Shown: piece after piece, positions 1 to 10,345 of the stretch
Layout: each line of letters opens with the position of its first letter
Numbering within the stretch: position 1 is the stretch's first letter
Assembly: GCF_001465295.1 (NCBI RefSeq)
Contig: NZ_CP011034.1
Coordinates: 360,001-392,000, forward strand
DNA length: 32,000 nt
Origin: Pseudoalteromonas translucida KMM 520
GTDB lineage: Bacteria; Pseudomonadota; Gammaproteobacteria; Enterobacterales; Alteromonadaceae
Direction: 5' to 3'
The notes under the pieces: model-generated
What the model was told of the DNA's origin: nothing
What the model saw: the letters and a program-made list of their open reading frames with translations, nothing else
Database searches by the model: none
Made by a program: the position numbers and the translations under genes

Positions 1-65
1 GCCAAGCTTGCTGCAGAGCTAAGCGCAATAGTGGCGACAAGTATAGATTTTAAAGCAAATTTCAT
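1..65 (-). CDS. 5' end of a gene for a secreted or periplasmic protein (signal peptide only, partial)
   Basis: The reverse strand reads ATG(ATG)AAATTTGCT..., giving (M)MKFALKSILVATIALSSAASLA. This is a typical Sec signal peptide with a basic n-region, a hydrophobic core and an A-x-A-like end. It runs off the window, the start could be 65 or 68, and the SD is weak. Confidence 0.3.
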   Translation of the reverse strand, partial: MKFALKSILVATIALSSAASL

Positions 66-128
66 CATTTTATTCTTCACTGTTAGTTTAATGAACAATC
101 AGAATACGTTAATTGATTGCAAACAAAC

Positions 129-160
129 AGAGCTAAACTCAAACTTCAGTGTTTAGCTCT
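129..160 (-). terminator. Hairpin terminator downstream of purH
   Basis: Perfect 10-bp inverted repeat AGAGCTAAAC (129-138) / GTTTAGCTCT (151-160) with a 12-nt loop. On the minus strand it is followed by GTTTGTTTG. It lies 9 nt after the purH stop. Confidence 0.55.
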
Positions 161-168
161 ATAAGTGA

Positions 169-1755
169 TTAGTGGCGGAAGTGGCGCATACCAGTAAGTA
201 CCATTGCCATTCCAGCTTCGTCTGCTGCGGCAATCACTTCTGCATCACGCATTGAGCCGCCTGGCTGAATAACTGCCGTTATGCCAGCGGCTGCGGCTGC
301 GTCAATACCATCACGAAATGGGAAGAATGCATCCGATGCCATAACTGAACCTTTAACTTCAAGGTTTTCATCTGCTGCTTTAATACCGGCAATTTTAGCC
401 GAGTAAACACGGCTCATTTGGCCTGCGCCAACACCGATTGTCATACCGTCACGGGCATATACAATGGCGTTAGATTTAACAAATTTAGCTACTTTCCAGC
501 AAAATAATAAGTCTTTAAGCTCTTGCTCAGTAGGTTGACGCTTAGATACAACTTTTAAATCGCCTTGCGTTACCATGCCTAAGTCGCGGTCTTGCACTAA
601 AATACCGCCATTAACGCGTTTAATGTCTTGACCTGCGGCTTTACCTGTCCACTGTCCACATACTAATAAACGTACGTTTTGTTTAGCCGAAACAATTTTT
701 GCTGCCGCATCAGATACGCTAGGAGCAATAATTACTTCCACAAATTGACGTTCAACAATCGCTTCTGCGGTTGCTGCATCTAACTCTTGGTTAAAGGCAA
801 TAATGCCACCAAATGCAGATGTAGGATCGGTTTTAAAAGCACGTTCGTATGCTTCAAGAATATTGCTACCGATAGACACGCCACATGGGTTTGCATGTTT
901 TACGATTACACAGGCTGGTACGTCAAACTCTTTAACACATTCAAGCGCTGCATCAGTATCAGCAATGTTGTTGAAAGATAACGCTTTACCTTGCAGCTGA
1001 GTTGCTGTTGCTACTGAAGCTTCAACAATGTCGTTTTCAACATAAAAAGCGGCATCTTGATGCGAGTTTTCGCCGTAGCGCATATCTTGCTTTTTAGTGA
1101 ACTGCATATTAATAGTGCGTGGGAATTTAGTGTCTTCGGCGGCTTCCTCTGTGTAATCAGGAACCATTTTACCGAAGTAATTAGCAATCATGCCATCGTA
1201 CTGAGCGGTGTGCTCGTAGGCCGCTATAGCAAGGTCAAAACGGGTTTTATAGGTAGTAGAACCTTTGTTGCTTTGCATTTCGCTGATCACGCGGTCGTAG
1301 TCGCTGGCATTTACCACAATAGTAACGTCTTTATGGTTTTTAGCCGCTGCGCGAACCATAGTCGGGCCGCCAATATCTATGTTTTCAATAGCATCTTCAA
1401 GGCTGCAGTTTTCTTGAGCGACAGTATTCGCAAAGGGGTATAAGTTAACTACAACAATGTCGATAGCAGAAATGTTGTTATCTGCCATTACGCTTTCATC
1501 TTGTCCGCGACGCGCTAAAATGCCGCCGTGAATTTTTGGATGAAGTGTTTTTACACGGCCATCCATGATTTCTGGGTGACCTGTGTGATCTGATACTTCA
1601 GTGACTTTTATGCCGTTATCAGCAAGTAGTTTACAGGTACCGCCAGTTGACAAAATATCAACACCTTGCGCTTCTAATGCGCGGGCAAATTCAACTATAC
1701 CGGTTTTATCAGACACACTTAATAGTGCGCGACGAATGGGACGATGTGTATCCAT
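169..1755 (-). CDS. purH: Bifunctional AICAR formyltransferase / IMP cyclohydrolase
   Basis: 528 aa. The N-terminus [36 protein letters not shown] closely parallels E. coli PurH. ATG start with a GAGGAAA SD. Confidence 0.97.
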   Translation of the reverse strand: MDTHRPIRRALLSVSDKTGIVEFARALEAQGVDILSTGGTCKLLADNGIKVTEVSDHTGHPEIMDGRVKTLHPKIHGGILARRGQDESVMADNNISAIDIVVVNLYPFANTVAQENCSLEDAIENIDIGGPTMVRAAAKNHKDVTIVVNASDYDRVISEMQSNKGSTTYKTRFDLAIAAYEHTAQYDGMIANYFGKMVPDYTEEAAEDTKFPRTINMQFTKKQDMRYGENSHQDAAFYVENDIVEASVATATQLQGKALSFNNIADTDAALECVKEFDVPACVIVKHANPCGVSIGSNILEAYERAFKTDPTSAFGGIIAFNQELDAATAEAIVERQFVEVIIAPSVSDAAAKIVSAKQNVRLLVCGQWTGKAAGQDIKRVNGGILVQDRDLGMVTQGDLKVVSKRQPTEQELKDLLFCWKVAKFVKSNAIVYARDGMTIGVGAGQMSRVYSAKIAGIKAADENLEVKGSVMASDAFFPFRDGIDAAAAAGITAVIQPGGSMRDAEVIAAADEAGMAMVLTGMRHFRH

Positions 1756-2116
1756 TGTAGTTTGATTTCCTCAGTTTATGAGCTAGCTTAGAAGCGGGCA
1801 TTTTAACTGATAACAACTCAAAAAACGACTTATTAAGGGTGAGCATTTTGCAATTAGCACTTGTAGCAATAATGCAGCTCCTTATGGATTAACCAAGGTA
1901 AAACCTTATGTTATGCATTTTTTACTAGCATAATTGAGTGCGTAACCTAAATTTGGCTTAAAAGGCAACGCTAATCTACATGAATAATACTAACGCTTAG
2001 TGATGCCAACCAATTAAAAACATGCGTATTCTAGCTTATTAAATAACTTATTCAGTGCGTTGAAAATAGCTGCTTGAGATAGGTTTACTAGCTGGAGAAC
2101 AGGTTAAATAGCAGGC

Positions 2117-2143
2117 ATAAAAAAAGCACCCTAAGGTGCTTTT
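2117..2143 (-). terminator. Rho-independent terminator of dusB-fis (bidirectional shape)
   Basis: AGCACC (2125-2130) / GGTGCT (2135-2140) with a CTAA loop. It is flanked by an A-run on the plus strand, which is a T7 run on the minus strand after the stem. Confidence 0.75.
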
Positions 2144-2229
2144 ATATAAATTAATGGCCATAAATGGTTATTAATTTATACCCTATGTATTGGCTTAGTA
2201 TGCGTGCTTACCAGTCAATACAAAAAGTA

Positions 2230-2520
2230 TTAGTTCATGCCGTATTTTTTAAGCTTTTTACGTAAAGTACCACGGTTGATACCTAGTAAAATTGCTGCAC
2301 GTGTTTGGTTACCACGTGTATACGTCATTACTTCTTCCAGTAATGGCGCTTCTAGCTCTGAAAGAACAAGGTCGTAAACGTCTTGCACATCTTGACCGTT
2401 AAGCTGCTTTAAATAGTGGTGAACAGCTTTCTTTACTGCGTCACGTAATGGCTGCGGTTTCTCGTGTGCCTGAACATGAGGGTTAGTGATAAATGGAGAA
2501 GTCACGTTTTGTTCGAACAT
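2230..2520 (-). CDS. fis: Nucleoid-associated DNA-binding protein Fis
   Basis: 96 aa. The C-terminus [30 protein letters not shown] is nearly identical to E. coli Fis. It lies immediately downstream of dusB, as in enterics. Confidence 0.97.
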   Translation of the reverse strand: MFEQNVTSPFITNPHVQAHEKPQPLRDAVKKAVHHYLKQLNGQDVQDVYDLVLSELEAPLLEEVMTYTRGNQTRAAILLGINRGTLRKKLKKYGMN

Positions 2521-2539
2521 TATTTAATCTCTTTCTTTC

Positions 2540-3535
2540 TTAGTTAGCTGCTAGTGTTTTAAAGTATTGCTCTAATACGTCAACTTGTGTAAGTGGGTTG
2601 TCGATCGCATTAAATACTCGCCTAAACTGACCATCACGGTCATGGGTTTGCAAATACCAAGATACATGCTTACGAGCAATTCGCGCTCCCATTGGTTCAC
2701 CGTAAAACGTATGGAGATTAGTTAAATGCTCCATTAAAATACTGCGCACCTCTGCAATAGCAGGCGGCTGTAAATGCTCTCCGGTTCGCAAATAGTGGTC
2801 TATCTCCCTAAATATCCAAGGGCGACCTTGGGCGGCTCGGCCAATCATAATGGCATCTGCACCCGTATAATCTAATACCTGTTTTGCTTTTTCCGGTGAT
2901 GTAATATCACCGTTTGCAACCACAGGAATCGACACCGAACGTTTAATATCCCTAATCGTGGCGTACTCAGCTTCACCCTTGTACATACATGCGCGTGTGC
3001 GCCCATGTACGGCAAGTGACGCTATGCCATAACGTTCAGCTATTCTCGCAATCTCTACACCATTACGGTTATCCAGATCCCATCCAGTACGGATTTTAAG
3101 TGTTACAGGTATATCAACAGCATTAACTACTGCATCAATAATCTCTTCCACAAGTTCAGGAAACTGTAATAAAGCAGAGCCAGCGAGTTTCTTGTTCACT
3201 TTTTTTGCTGGGCACCCCATATTGATATCTATGATCTGTGCACCATTAGCAACATTGAATTGTGCGGCCTGTGCCATAAGCTCAGGATCAGCTCCTGCAA
3301 TTTGCACCGCGCGTATTCCCGACTCACCGCTGTGATCCATACGGTTCATCGATTTTTCGGTTTTCCAAACATCAGGATTCGATGATAACATTTCAGACAC
3401 AGCAAGCCCCGCACCTAAGCGGCGACAAAGTTGTCTAAATGGTCTATCTGTAATGCCGGCCATAGGCGCGACAATTACGTTATTCTCAAGTTGGTATTTA
3501 CCGATACGCACTATATTCAATAGGCCTCTTTTCAA
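2540..3535 (-). CDS. dusB: tRNA-dihydrouridine synthase B
   Basis: The motif [21 protein letters not shown] and overall collinearity match E. coli DusB. The ORF-track start at 3535 is TTG. Alignment to E. coli (MRIGQYQL) favours GTG at 3511 or TTG at 3520, so the start is ambiguous. Confidence 0.92.
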   Translation of the reverse strand: MKRGLLNIVRIGKYQLENNVIVAPMAGITDRPFRQLCRRLGAGLAVSEMLSSNPDVWKTEKSMNRMDHSGESGIRAVQIAGADPELMAQAAQFNVANGAQIIDINMGCPAKKVNKKLAGSALLQFPELVEEIIDAVVNAVDIPVTLKIRTGWDLDNRNGVEIARIAERYGIASLAVHGRTRACMYKGEAEYATIRDIKRSVSIPVVANGDITSPEKAKQVLDYTGADAIMIGRAAQGRPWIFREIDHYLRTGEHLQPPAIAEVRSILMEHLTNLHTFYGEPMGARIARKHVSWYLQTHDRDGQFRRVFNAIDNPLTQVDVLEQYFKTLAAN

Positions 3536-3723
3536 GGGGCGCTAAGTTTACGGTTTTTTTAGCAAAAATCAAAGGCTATAAATTGAACAAAAGTAACTTT
3601 TTTTTGCCCTTTTCGTATTGACATTTGATAACCGTATGACAAAGCGGTTTATTTGTTTGAAATTTAAGCAGCTTTTATTTTTAGTATAAAATAGAGATAA
3701 ATTTTATTTTGTAAATAAATAGT

Positions 3724-3746
3724 AAAGCCTGTTAAATACAGGCTTT
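3724..3746 (-). terminator. Hairpin downstream of prmA
   Basis: AAAGCCTG (3724-3731) / CAGGCTTT (3739-3746) with a 7-nt loop. On the minus strand it is followed by a T-rich tract (ACTATTTATTT). Confidence 0.5.
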
Positions 3747-3791
3747 AGATGCTTGTTTTAAGTAAAAGCTCTAAATAGCGTTAGGCAGAGC

Positions 3792-4673
3792 TTATGCTTT
3801 TTTAGTGCCACTTACACGGGTCCAATCACCTTCAATAGCAATGTCGTCCAGCTCAATAAAGGGGGCATAAACATCGGCAACCGATTGCGCTTGCTCGGTT
3901 AAAATTCCCGATATAGCTATTTTACCACCGGGTTTTAATAACCCTAAAATAACACTATGCAGTTCACGTAACGGTTGCGCTAAAATATTAGCAACGACTA
4001 TATCGGCACTAAATTCAGGCTGGTTTTCTGGCAGGTATACTTCCAATTTGTCGGCAACACCATTACGGTTAGCATTATCTAAGCTTGCTTCTAGTGCTTG
4101 CGGATCTATATCTATACCAATCATGCGCTCTGCGCCAAGTTTAATAGCAGCAATGCCCAAAATGCCCGAGCCACAACCAAAATCAACCACGGTTTTACCG
4201 GTTAAATCTTGGCTTTCTAGCCATTTTAAACACAATGCGGTAGTCGCGTGAGTGCCGGTACCAAACGCCAGGCCTGGGTCGAGCAATACGTTTACTGCAT
4301 CTGGATCAGGAATGTCGCGCCAGCTTGGGCAAATCCAAAGTCTTTCGCCAAATTGGATTGGGTGAAAGTTATCCATCCACTCACGTTCCCAATCTTTGTC
4401 TTCAAGTTGTTCTATTTTATATGTTAGATTTTGCGCAACTGATTTATCTGCGTTTAGCAGCGCTACAACGCTATCCATATCGTGATTAGCATCAAATAAG
4501 CCTATTACTGTAGTATCGGCCCAAAATTGCACAGTGCCTATTTTAGGCTCATAGATAGGCGTGTCTTTGGCGTCAATAAAAGTAACCGATGCACTACCAG
4601 CTTCAACTAGTAGATCACTAATTAAATCAGCGTTATTAGCGTTGGCGTTAATACGAATTTGGATCCAAGCCAT
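3792..4673 (-). CDS. prmA: Ribosomal protein L11 methyltransferase
   Basis: 293 aa. The N-terminus [26 protein letters not shown] parallels E. coli PrmA (MPWIQLKLNTT...). It has the SAM-binding motif [15 protein letters not shown]. Confidence 0.95.
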   Translation of the reverse strand: MAWIQIRINANANNADLISDLLVEAGSASVTFIDAKDTPIYEPKIGTVQFWADTTVIGLFDANHDMDSVVALLNADKSVAQNLTYKIEQLEDKDWEREWMDNFHPIQFGERLWICPSWRDIPDPDAVNVLLDPGLAFGTGTHATTALCLKWLESQDLTGKTVVDFGCGSGILGIAAIKLGAERMIGIDIDPQALEASLDNANRNGVADKLEVYLPENQPEFSADIVVANILAQPLRELHSVILGLLKPGGKIAISGILTEQAQSVADVYAPFIELDDIAIEGDWTRVSGTKKA

Positions 4674-4703
4674 GTTTATTTCCAGATAAAAGGGGGTAAA
4701 TAG

Positions 4704-4730
4704 AAAAAAGGCCGCAAGTGCGGCCTTTTT
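4704..4730 (-). terminator. Rho-independent terminator of the rpsU-dnaG-rpoD operon
   Basis: GGCCGC (4710-4715) / GCGGCC (4720-4725) with an AAGT loop. It is flanked by A6 and T5 runs and lies 26 nt downstream of the rpoD stop. Confidence 0.85.
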
Positions 4731-4755
4731 AGTTTTAATATGTATTAGCCGCTTA

Positions 4756-6603
4756 TTATTTAGCGTCTAAAAAGCTTTTCAGTAAATCAGAGCGAGAAGG
4801 GTGACGTAATTTACGCAGCGCCTTCGCTTCTATTTGACGAATACGTTCACGTGTTACGTCAAACTGCTTACCTACTTCTTCTAAGGTGTGGTCGGTATTC
4901 ATATCAATACCAAAACGCATACGCAGTACTTTAGCTTCACGGGCTGTTAGGCCAGCAAGTACGTCGTTAGTTGCGCCACGAAGCGACTCCATAGTTGCCG
5001 AATCAATTGGCGAATCAATGGTCGTATCTTCAATAAAGTCACCTAAATGCGAATCTTCATCATCACCAATCGGTGTTTCCATCGAAATTGGCTCTTTAGC
5101 AATTTTAAGTACCTTACGGACTTTGTCCTCAGGCATCATCATGCGTTCAGCTAATTCTTCTGGATTTGGCTCACGGCCCATTTCTTGTAACATTTGACGT
5201 GAAATACGGTTAAGTTTATTAATCGTTTCAATCATATGTACCGGAATACGGATCGTTCTTGCTTGGTCAGCAATAGAGCGTGTAATTGCTTGGCGTATCC
5301 ACCACGTAGCATAAGTCGAAAACTTATAACCACGGCGATATTCAAACTTATCAACGGCTTTCATTAAACCAATATTACCTTCTTGAATCAAATCCAAGAA
5401 CTGTAAACCACGGTTTGTATATTTTTTAGCAATTGAAATTACCAAACGTAAGTTAGCTTCAACCATCTCTTTTTTCGCACGGCGAGCTTTAGCTTCACCA
5501 ATACTCATTCGACGGTTTATGTCTTTTATACGCTCAATATTTAAGCCAGTGCTACTTTCAATAACACGTAATTTATTAAGACTACGAATGATCTCAGGCT
5601 TAACTTCTTCAAGTTTTGCCGAGTACTTTTCGTTAGCTGCAATTTCTAAATCAACCCAAGTAGCATCCGTTTCGTTATTAGCAAAGTGCTTAACAAACGT
5701 TTTCTTTGGTAACTTAGCAATTTGTACTGCTTGTTTCATGATAAGACGTTCTTGAACGCGAACTCTGTCCATCATTTCACGCATGTTATTAACCATGCGA
5801 TCAAATTGCTTAGGTATTAATTTAAAGGTTTTGAATAACTCACCAATTTCAAATATAGCGGCAAGAGAATCAGGGTGCGAGCGACCTTTAGCTTCAAACG
5901 TTTCACGTGCTTTATTATATAAATCACGTAAATTTTCAAAATGAACACGTGCTTCTTCAGGATCTGGCCCTGTGTCTACTTCTTCTTCGTCTTCATCATC
6001 TTCGTCGCTGTCGTCATCGTCTTTATCGTCATCATTAAGTTGCTTAGCACTTAATTCTGAACCAATATTAGTTGCTGAAATTGGCGCTGTATCTTCATTA
6101 GGATCAATAAAGCCAACGATAATATCGCTAAGGCGCATTTCTTCTGCTTCAAACTTATCCCACTGCTCGAGTAGGTAAGTAATTGCTTCAGGGTATTCAG
6201 CAACCGAAATTTGTACTTGGTTAATGCCTTCTTCAATACGCTTAGCGATTACAATTTCGCCTTCACGGGTCAGAAGTTCAACAGTACCCATTTCACGCAT
6301 GTACATGCGTACCGGATCCGTTGTGCGGCCGATCTCTTTTTCTACGGTCGCAAGGGCTGCAGCGGCAGCTTCAGCTGCGTCTTCGTCTGTCGTTGTTTCT
6401 TGCATCATTAGTTCATCGGCATCTGGCGCGTTTTCGCTAACCTTGATACCCATGTCATTAATCATGCTAATGATATCTTCTACTTGATCTGAGTCTATAA
6501 TATCTTGTGGAAGGTGATCATTTACTTCTGCAAAAGTTAAGTAGCCTTGCTCTTTACCTTTTAGAATCAGAAGTTTTAATTGTGACTGAGGAGTTGGATC
6601 CAT
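4756..6603 (-). CDS. rpoD: RNA polymerase primary sigma factor sigma-70
   Basis: [32 protein letters not shown] aligns with the E. coli RpoD N-terminus. It has an acidic non-conserved insert and the region 2 motif [38 protein letters not shown] place the start at ATG 6603, not the ORF-track 6639. Confidence 0.97.
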   Translation of the reverse strand: MDPTPQSQLKLLILKGKEQGYLTFAEVNDHLPQDIIDSDQVEDIISMINDMGIKVSENAPDADELMMQETTTDEDAAEAAAAALATVEKEIGRTTDPVRMYMREMGTVELLTREGEIVIAKRIEEGINQVQISVAEYPEAITYLLEQWDKFEAEEMRLSDIIVGFIDPNEDTAPISATNIGSELSAKQLNDDDKDDDDSDEDDEDEEEVDTGPDPEEARVHFENLRDLYNKARETFEAKGRSHPDSLAAIFEIGELFKTFKLIPKQFDRMVNNMREMMDRVRVQERLIMKQAVQIAKLPKKTFVKHFANNETDATWVDLEIAANEKYSAKLEEVKPEIIRSLNKLRVIESSTGLNIERIKDINRRMSIGEAKARRAKKEMVEANLRLVISIAKKYTNRGLQFLDLIQEGNIGLMKAVDKFEYRRGYKFSTYATWWIRQAITRSIADQARTIRIPVHMIETINKLNRISRQMLQEMGREPNPEELAERMMMPEDKVRKVLKIAKEPISMETPIGDDEDSHLGDFIEDTTIDSPIDSATMESLRGATNDVLAGLTAREAKVLRMRFGIDMNTDHTLEEVGKQFDVTRERIRQIEAKALRKLRHPSRSDLLKSFLDAK

Positions 6604-6728
6604 AGAGATTTTTTCTTCCACTCTGATAAGTTGATACAACAGGCGCCATCATGTAGTTTGCCTTAAAGCTAAACTAGAATAATGTGACGCAGTGAATAGC
6701 GTAGTATAACAGTTTAAATCAAATTTGA

Positions 6729-8480
6729 CTAGCTGTTAGTCGCTTTTAACGCTGTCATTAACAAATGACATTCAAGTCTTTCATCGCTATTTAGGCCTTG
6801 CGTCTTATCCTTTATTAATAGGGTCTCTAGTCGATAATTTAAACACTGATCTTCAATAAATTTAAAAGTATTTTGAAAAACAGTCTCTAAACGCTCTTCA
6901 TTTATTTGATGTTGCCACGTTGCCAGCTTAGTTAGCGGGTCATAATCGTCAGTGCCTCTAAAAAATTCGAGCAACTGCGCTGTGGTAACATCTTCTTTTT
7001 GCAACGCTTGATGTTGTAAGCGCAGTAGCAAACCAATGCCGGCAATATTCATTTGTGCTAAATCGGGCAAATAGGGCACGCTTTTCGCCATTTGCGGGTG
7101 TTGAATTAAAATACCGATTGCTTGGCGCATGGGGGTTATTTTAAATTTTCGCTCAATTGAATGCTGTTGCTTGGGGGTTTTTAAGCGATTATTAAGCTGC
7201 TCACGAGTACGGCCAATTAATCGCCCGAGCTGCTCAAGAATATTTTCTTGATAAAACTCACTAGGAATTTTTTCAATTAATGGCAATGCGGCACTAAGTA
7301 ACTTGGCTTTACCCGAATCAAGGGTTAAATCTATTTCTAGGCTGAGCTTATTGAATAACACCTTAGTGAAATCATCGGCTGCATTTAATCTTTGTTCAAA
7401 CTTATCTTTACCTTCGGCTTGTACTAAGGAATCGGGGTCTTCGCCATCGGGTAAAAATACAAAGTTTAACGCTTTACCATCATTTAAATAAGGCAGTGCA
7501 TTTTCGAGCGCACGCCAAGCTGCATCACGGCCTGCACGGTCACCATCGTAACAACAAATCACTTTATCTGTTGTTCTAAATAGAGTGTGCATATGCTCAC
7601 TGGTTGTTGCTGTACCAAGTGCTGCAACGGCATATTCAATACCTTGCTCTGCCAGCGCCACCACATCCATATAACCTTCAACAATCAGTACATGGTCGAG
7701 CTTTTTATGTGCTTGTTTAGCTTCATATAAACCATAGAGTTCAAAGCCTTTATGAAAAATACGTGTCTCTGGCGAGTTTAAATATTTAGGGCCTTGATCG
7801 GCTTGCATTACGCGCCCACCAAAGGCAACAACGCGGCCACGTTTATCGCGAATAGGGAACATTAAACGATCGCGAAAAAAGTCAAACTGTCTGCCAGGTG
7901 TTTTTTCTGAGGCGAGTTTTAGCTCTACCAATTGCTCTTTTTGTTCTTTGTTACGGCCAAGCTGTAGGCACAAACCATCCCATTCACTTGGTGCATAACC
8001 TATCATGAACTTTTTAACTATTTCGCCGCTTAAGCCCCGGCCTTTAACATATTCAATAACAGCGGCAGAATTACTATGGTGCTTTAACTGGTGTTGATAA
8101 AACCTTGCAGTATGGAGCATTAAATCGTAATCAGAGCGTTTTTGCGCTGCAGTACGCTCAGGTGCAGAACCGCTACCTTGCTCACGGGGAACTTCTAAAT
8201 TAAGTAAACTTGCAAGCTCTTCAATAGCATCAACAAACTCAAGTTTTTCGTATTCCATAACAAACGAAATAGCATTACCGTTAACGCCACAGCCAAAGCA
8301 GTGATAAAACTGTTTATCTTGGGAGACGGTGAACGAAGGCGATTTTTCGTTATGAAATGGGCAGCAAGCTTGGTAGTCTTTACCGGCTTTTTTAAGACCT
8401 ACTTTTGAGTCTATCAGGTCGACAATATCGGTTCTGGCAAGCAAGTCATCTATAAAATTACGTGGGATCTTTCCAGCCAT
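6729..8480 (-). CDS. dnaG: DNA primase
   Basis: 583 aa. MAGKIPRNFIDDLLARTDIVDLI, the zinc-ribbon CCPFHNEKSPSFTV...YHCFGCG and the TOPRIM motif EGYMDV are present. Confidence 0.97.
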   Translation of the reverse strand: MAGKIPRNFIDDLLARTDIVDLIDSKVGLKKAGKDYQACCPFHNEKSPSFTVSQDKQFYHCFGCGVNGNAISFVMEYEKLEFVDAIEELASLLNLEVPREQGSGSAPERTAAQKRSDYDLMLHTARFYQHQLKHHSNSAAVIEYVKGRGLSGEIVKKFMIGYAPSEWDGLCLQLGRNKEQKEQLVELKLASEKTPGRQFDFFRDRLMFPIRDKRGRVVAFGGRVMQADQGPKYLNSPETRIFHKGFELYGLYEAKQAHKKLDHVLIVEGYMDVVALAEQGIEYAVAALGTATTSEHMHTLFRTTDKVICCYDGDRAGRDAAWRALENALPYLNDGKALNFVFLPDGEDPDSLVQAEGKDKFEQRLNAADDFTKVLFNKLSLEIDLTLDSGKAKLLSAALPLIEKIPSEFYQENILEQLGRLIGRTREQLNNRLKTPKQQHSIERKFKITPMRQAIGILIQHPQMAKSVPYLPDLAQMNIAGIGLLLRLQHQALQKEDVTTAQLLEFFRGTDDYDPLTKLATWQHQINEERLETVFQNTFKFIEDQCLNYRLETLLIKDKTQGLNSDERLECHLLMTALKATNS

Positions 8481-8640
8481 TAGTAAAATAACGTCCTGAG
8501 ATAATTAGAATAACAATGAAAGCGAGATTAAATTTATAACCCTACAAATAAAACCAAGCGATTTTATACGCATATATTAATTGCTATTAAATAGGGCGGG
8601 TGCAAATAGCACGTTTGTAGATTTGAACACAAATCGGATA

Positions 8641-8674
8641 CAAAAACAAAGAAACCGAGCTCTAGGCTCGGTTT
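8641..8674 (-). terminator. Internal terminator or attenuator between yqeY and dnaG
   Basis: AAACCGAGC (8652-8660) / GCTCGGTTT (8666-8674) with a 5-nt loop. On the minus strand it is followed by CTTTGTTTTTG. Its position is analogous to the T1 terminator upstream of dnaG in the E. coli macromolecular-synthesis operon. Confidence 0.7.
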
Positions 8675-8705
8675 ACTTCAATCATACTTAATGTATGTGG
8701 GAGTA

Positions 8706-9152
8706 CTAGGCTGTTAATCGTTGCTTAATTAAACCAGAGATTTTGCCCATATCGGCGCGACCTTCAGCTTTGCTTTTGATTATACCCATTACTTTACCCA
8801 TGTCTTGCATACCTGCTGCGTTAGTGTCAGCAATAGCCACGTCAATGAGAGCAATTATTTCTTCTTCACTCAATTGTTGAGGTAGGAAAGTTTCAAGTGC
8901 TACTATCTCACTGGCTTCAATATCAGCTAAATCATCACGCCCAGCATCAGTATACTGAGTGTAAGAGTCACGACGTTGTTTAACAAGCTTCACTATAACG
9001 GAGGTAATACCTGCGTCGTCTAGTGTTATACGCTCGTCAATTTCACGTTGTTTTATTGCAGCAAGTACCATGCGAATAGGGTTAAGACGTAATTTGTCTT
9101 TGGCTCTCATCGCATCTTTTTGCGCATCTTTTAGCGTTATTAAAAGGCTCAT
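8706..9152 (-). CDS. yqeY: GatB/YqeY domain-containing protein
   Basis: 148 aa. Family-typical sequence MSLLITLKDAQKDAMRAKDKLRL...IKQREID...SEEEI...MGKVMG. It sits between rpsU and dnaG. Confidence 0.85.
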   Translation of the reverse strand: MSLLITLKDAQKDAMRAKDKLRLNPIRMVLAAIKQREIDERITLDDAGITSVIVKLVKQRRDSYTQYTDAGRDDLADIEASEIVALETFLPQQLSEEEIIALIDVAIADTNAAGMQDMGKVMGIIKSKAEGRADMGKISGLIKQRLTA

Positions 9153-9171
9153 TTATACAAGACCTAATATA

Positions 9172-9387
9172 TTAGTATAATTTAACGCGACGTGCGTTAT
9201 CACGAGAAAGTTTTTTCATGTGACGTTTTACTGCAGCAGCTTTTTTACGCTTACGCTCAGCTGTTGGTTTTTCATAGTGCTCGCGACGACGAACTTCTGA
9301 AAGGATTCCTGCTTTTTCACATGAACGCTTGAAGCGACGAAGTGCTACGTCAAACGGTTCGTTCTCTCTTACTTTAATTACTGGCAT
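9172..9387 (-). CDS. rpsU: 30S ribosomal protein S21
   Basis: 71 aa. [29 protein letters not shown]... is near-identical to enterobacterial S21. AGGTGA SD. Confidence 0.97.
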
Positions 9388-9532
9388 TAAAAATTCACCT
9401 ACCTAAATTATGAGCGTTGCTCAAGTTGATCAAACATTGATCAAGTGGTTCAAAAATGGTGCGGTATTGTAATCCGAAGCAACACCACATGTAAAGGATA
9501 ATATTAACAGAAAGCTGGCATCTAAAACAGTG

Positions 9533-10138
9533 TTAATTTACTTGGCGTTGATACAAACGACAAAAAACTTGCCCAGCCTTTTTTTCTTTAATTAACAACC
9601 AGTTGATTGGTGCAGTAAAGGTGCTTAACTCGCTTTCTACCTCAATGTAAATTAAAGCGTCACTGCTTAGCCATTGATTGTTTTCTAGTAAATCAGCGCT
9701 CGATTGTGCCAAGTTTTTACGAAATGGCGGGTCAACAAAAACTAGATTAAATGGCTCATTACTATTAATTTGCTCTAAAAATGCCAGTGTATTGGTATGT
9801 TTTACGTGTGCGTTTTGCAGCTTTAAAGTGCTAATGTTTAGCTCAATTTGCTTTGCTGCGGCAGCGTCAAGTTCAACAAAAGTAGCGCTTTTAGCAAATC
9901 GAGACAGTGCCTCAAAACCTAAACCGCCAGAACCGGCAAAACAGTCGAGCACATTTGCCTCTCGGGTATCTTGCATTAACCAATTAAACACTGTTTCTTT
10001 TATACGATCAGTTGTTGGACGCAGCCCTTGTACGTCTTTAACGGGCAGTTTTCGGCCTCTAAATTGACCACTGATCACTCTAATAAAGCCATCGCTGGAT
10101 TTGCTAGTTACTTTATTTTGTGTTGTTTTTTTTCTCAT
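9533..10138 (-). CDS. rsmD: 16S rRNA (guanine966-N2)-methyltransferase
   Basis: 201 aa. Motifs GQFRGRKLPVKDVQGLRPTTDRIKETVFNWL, DCFAGSGGLGFEALSR and DPPF are present. It is divergent from ftsY, as in E. coli. Confidence 0.9.
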   Translation of the reverse strand: MRKKTTQNKVTSKSSDGFIRVISGQFRGRKLPVKDVQGLRPTTDRIKETVFNWLMQDTREANVLDCFAGSGGLGFEALSRFAKSATFVELDAAAAKQIELNISTLKLQNAHVKHTNTLAFLEQINSNEPFNLVFVDPPFRKNLAQSSADLLENNQWLSSDALIYIEVESELSTFTAPINWLLIKEKKAGQVFCRLYQRQVN

Positions 10139-10345
10139 TTAGCTCACTAAAAATTGGTATCTGCTATCTAGCTCAGATAATATTGCAATCATATCATAGC
10201 GTGTCATTTTTCAACTGCGCTAAAAGTGGTAGTATAAGCATCCTAGACAATAGATTGTGCCTTTAAACAGTTTAAAATAGCAGTTAACGCACATACTATT
10301 ATTATCGTTAGTTTATCAGAATTTTATAAGTGGTTATTAGCAAGT

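Noticed and set aside
787-1443. Short plus-strand ORFs (64, 65 and 128 aa) inside purH. There are similar nested ORFs at 4048-4251, 4886-5197, 5519-5755, 5972-6487, 7303-7491, 9678-10067, 13593-14174, 15084-15332, 17158-17833, 19565-19918, 21804-22594, 24387-24572, 24887-25105, 25793-26209, 26299-27485 and 27735-28097.
   Set aside because: All overlap, mostly antisense, longer genes with clear homology. They have no SD or recognisable domains and skewed amino-acid composition. I treat them as noise.
1756-1900. A search for a ZTP (pfl) riboswitch or PurR operator in the purH leader.
   Set aside because: The GC-rich ZTP signature (GGGTCGTGAC...CCGCCTGGGCA-like) is absent, and no ACGCAAACGTTTGCGT-like palindrome is visible.
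6604-6639. N-terminal extensions offered by the ORF track: rpoD from 6639, prlC from 20630, gpmI from 28727 (GTG) and ctpA from 25974 (TTG).
   Set aside because: Homology to the E. coli proteins begins at the internal ATGs (6603, 20651, 28721, 25962). For gpmI and ctpA a much better SD also precedes the internal ATG.
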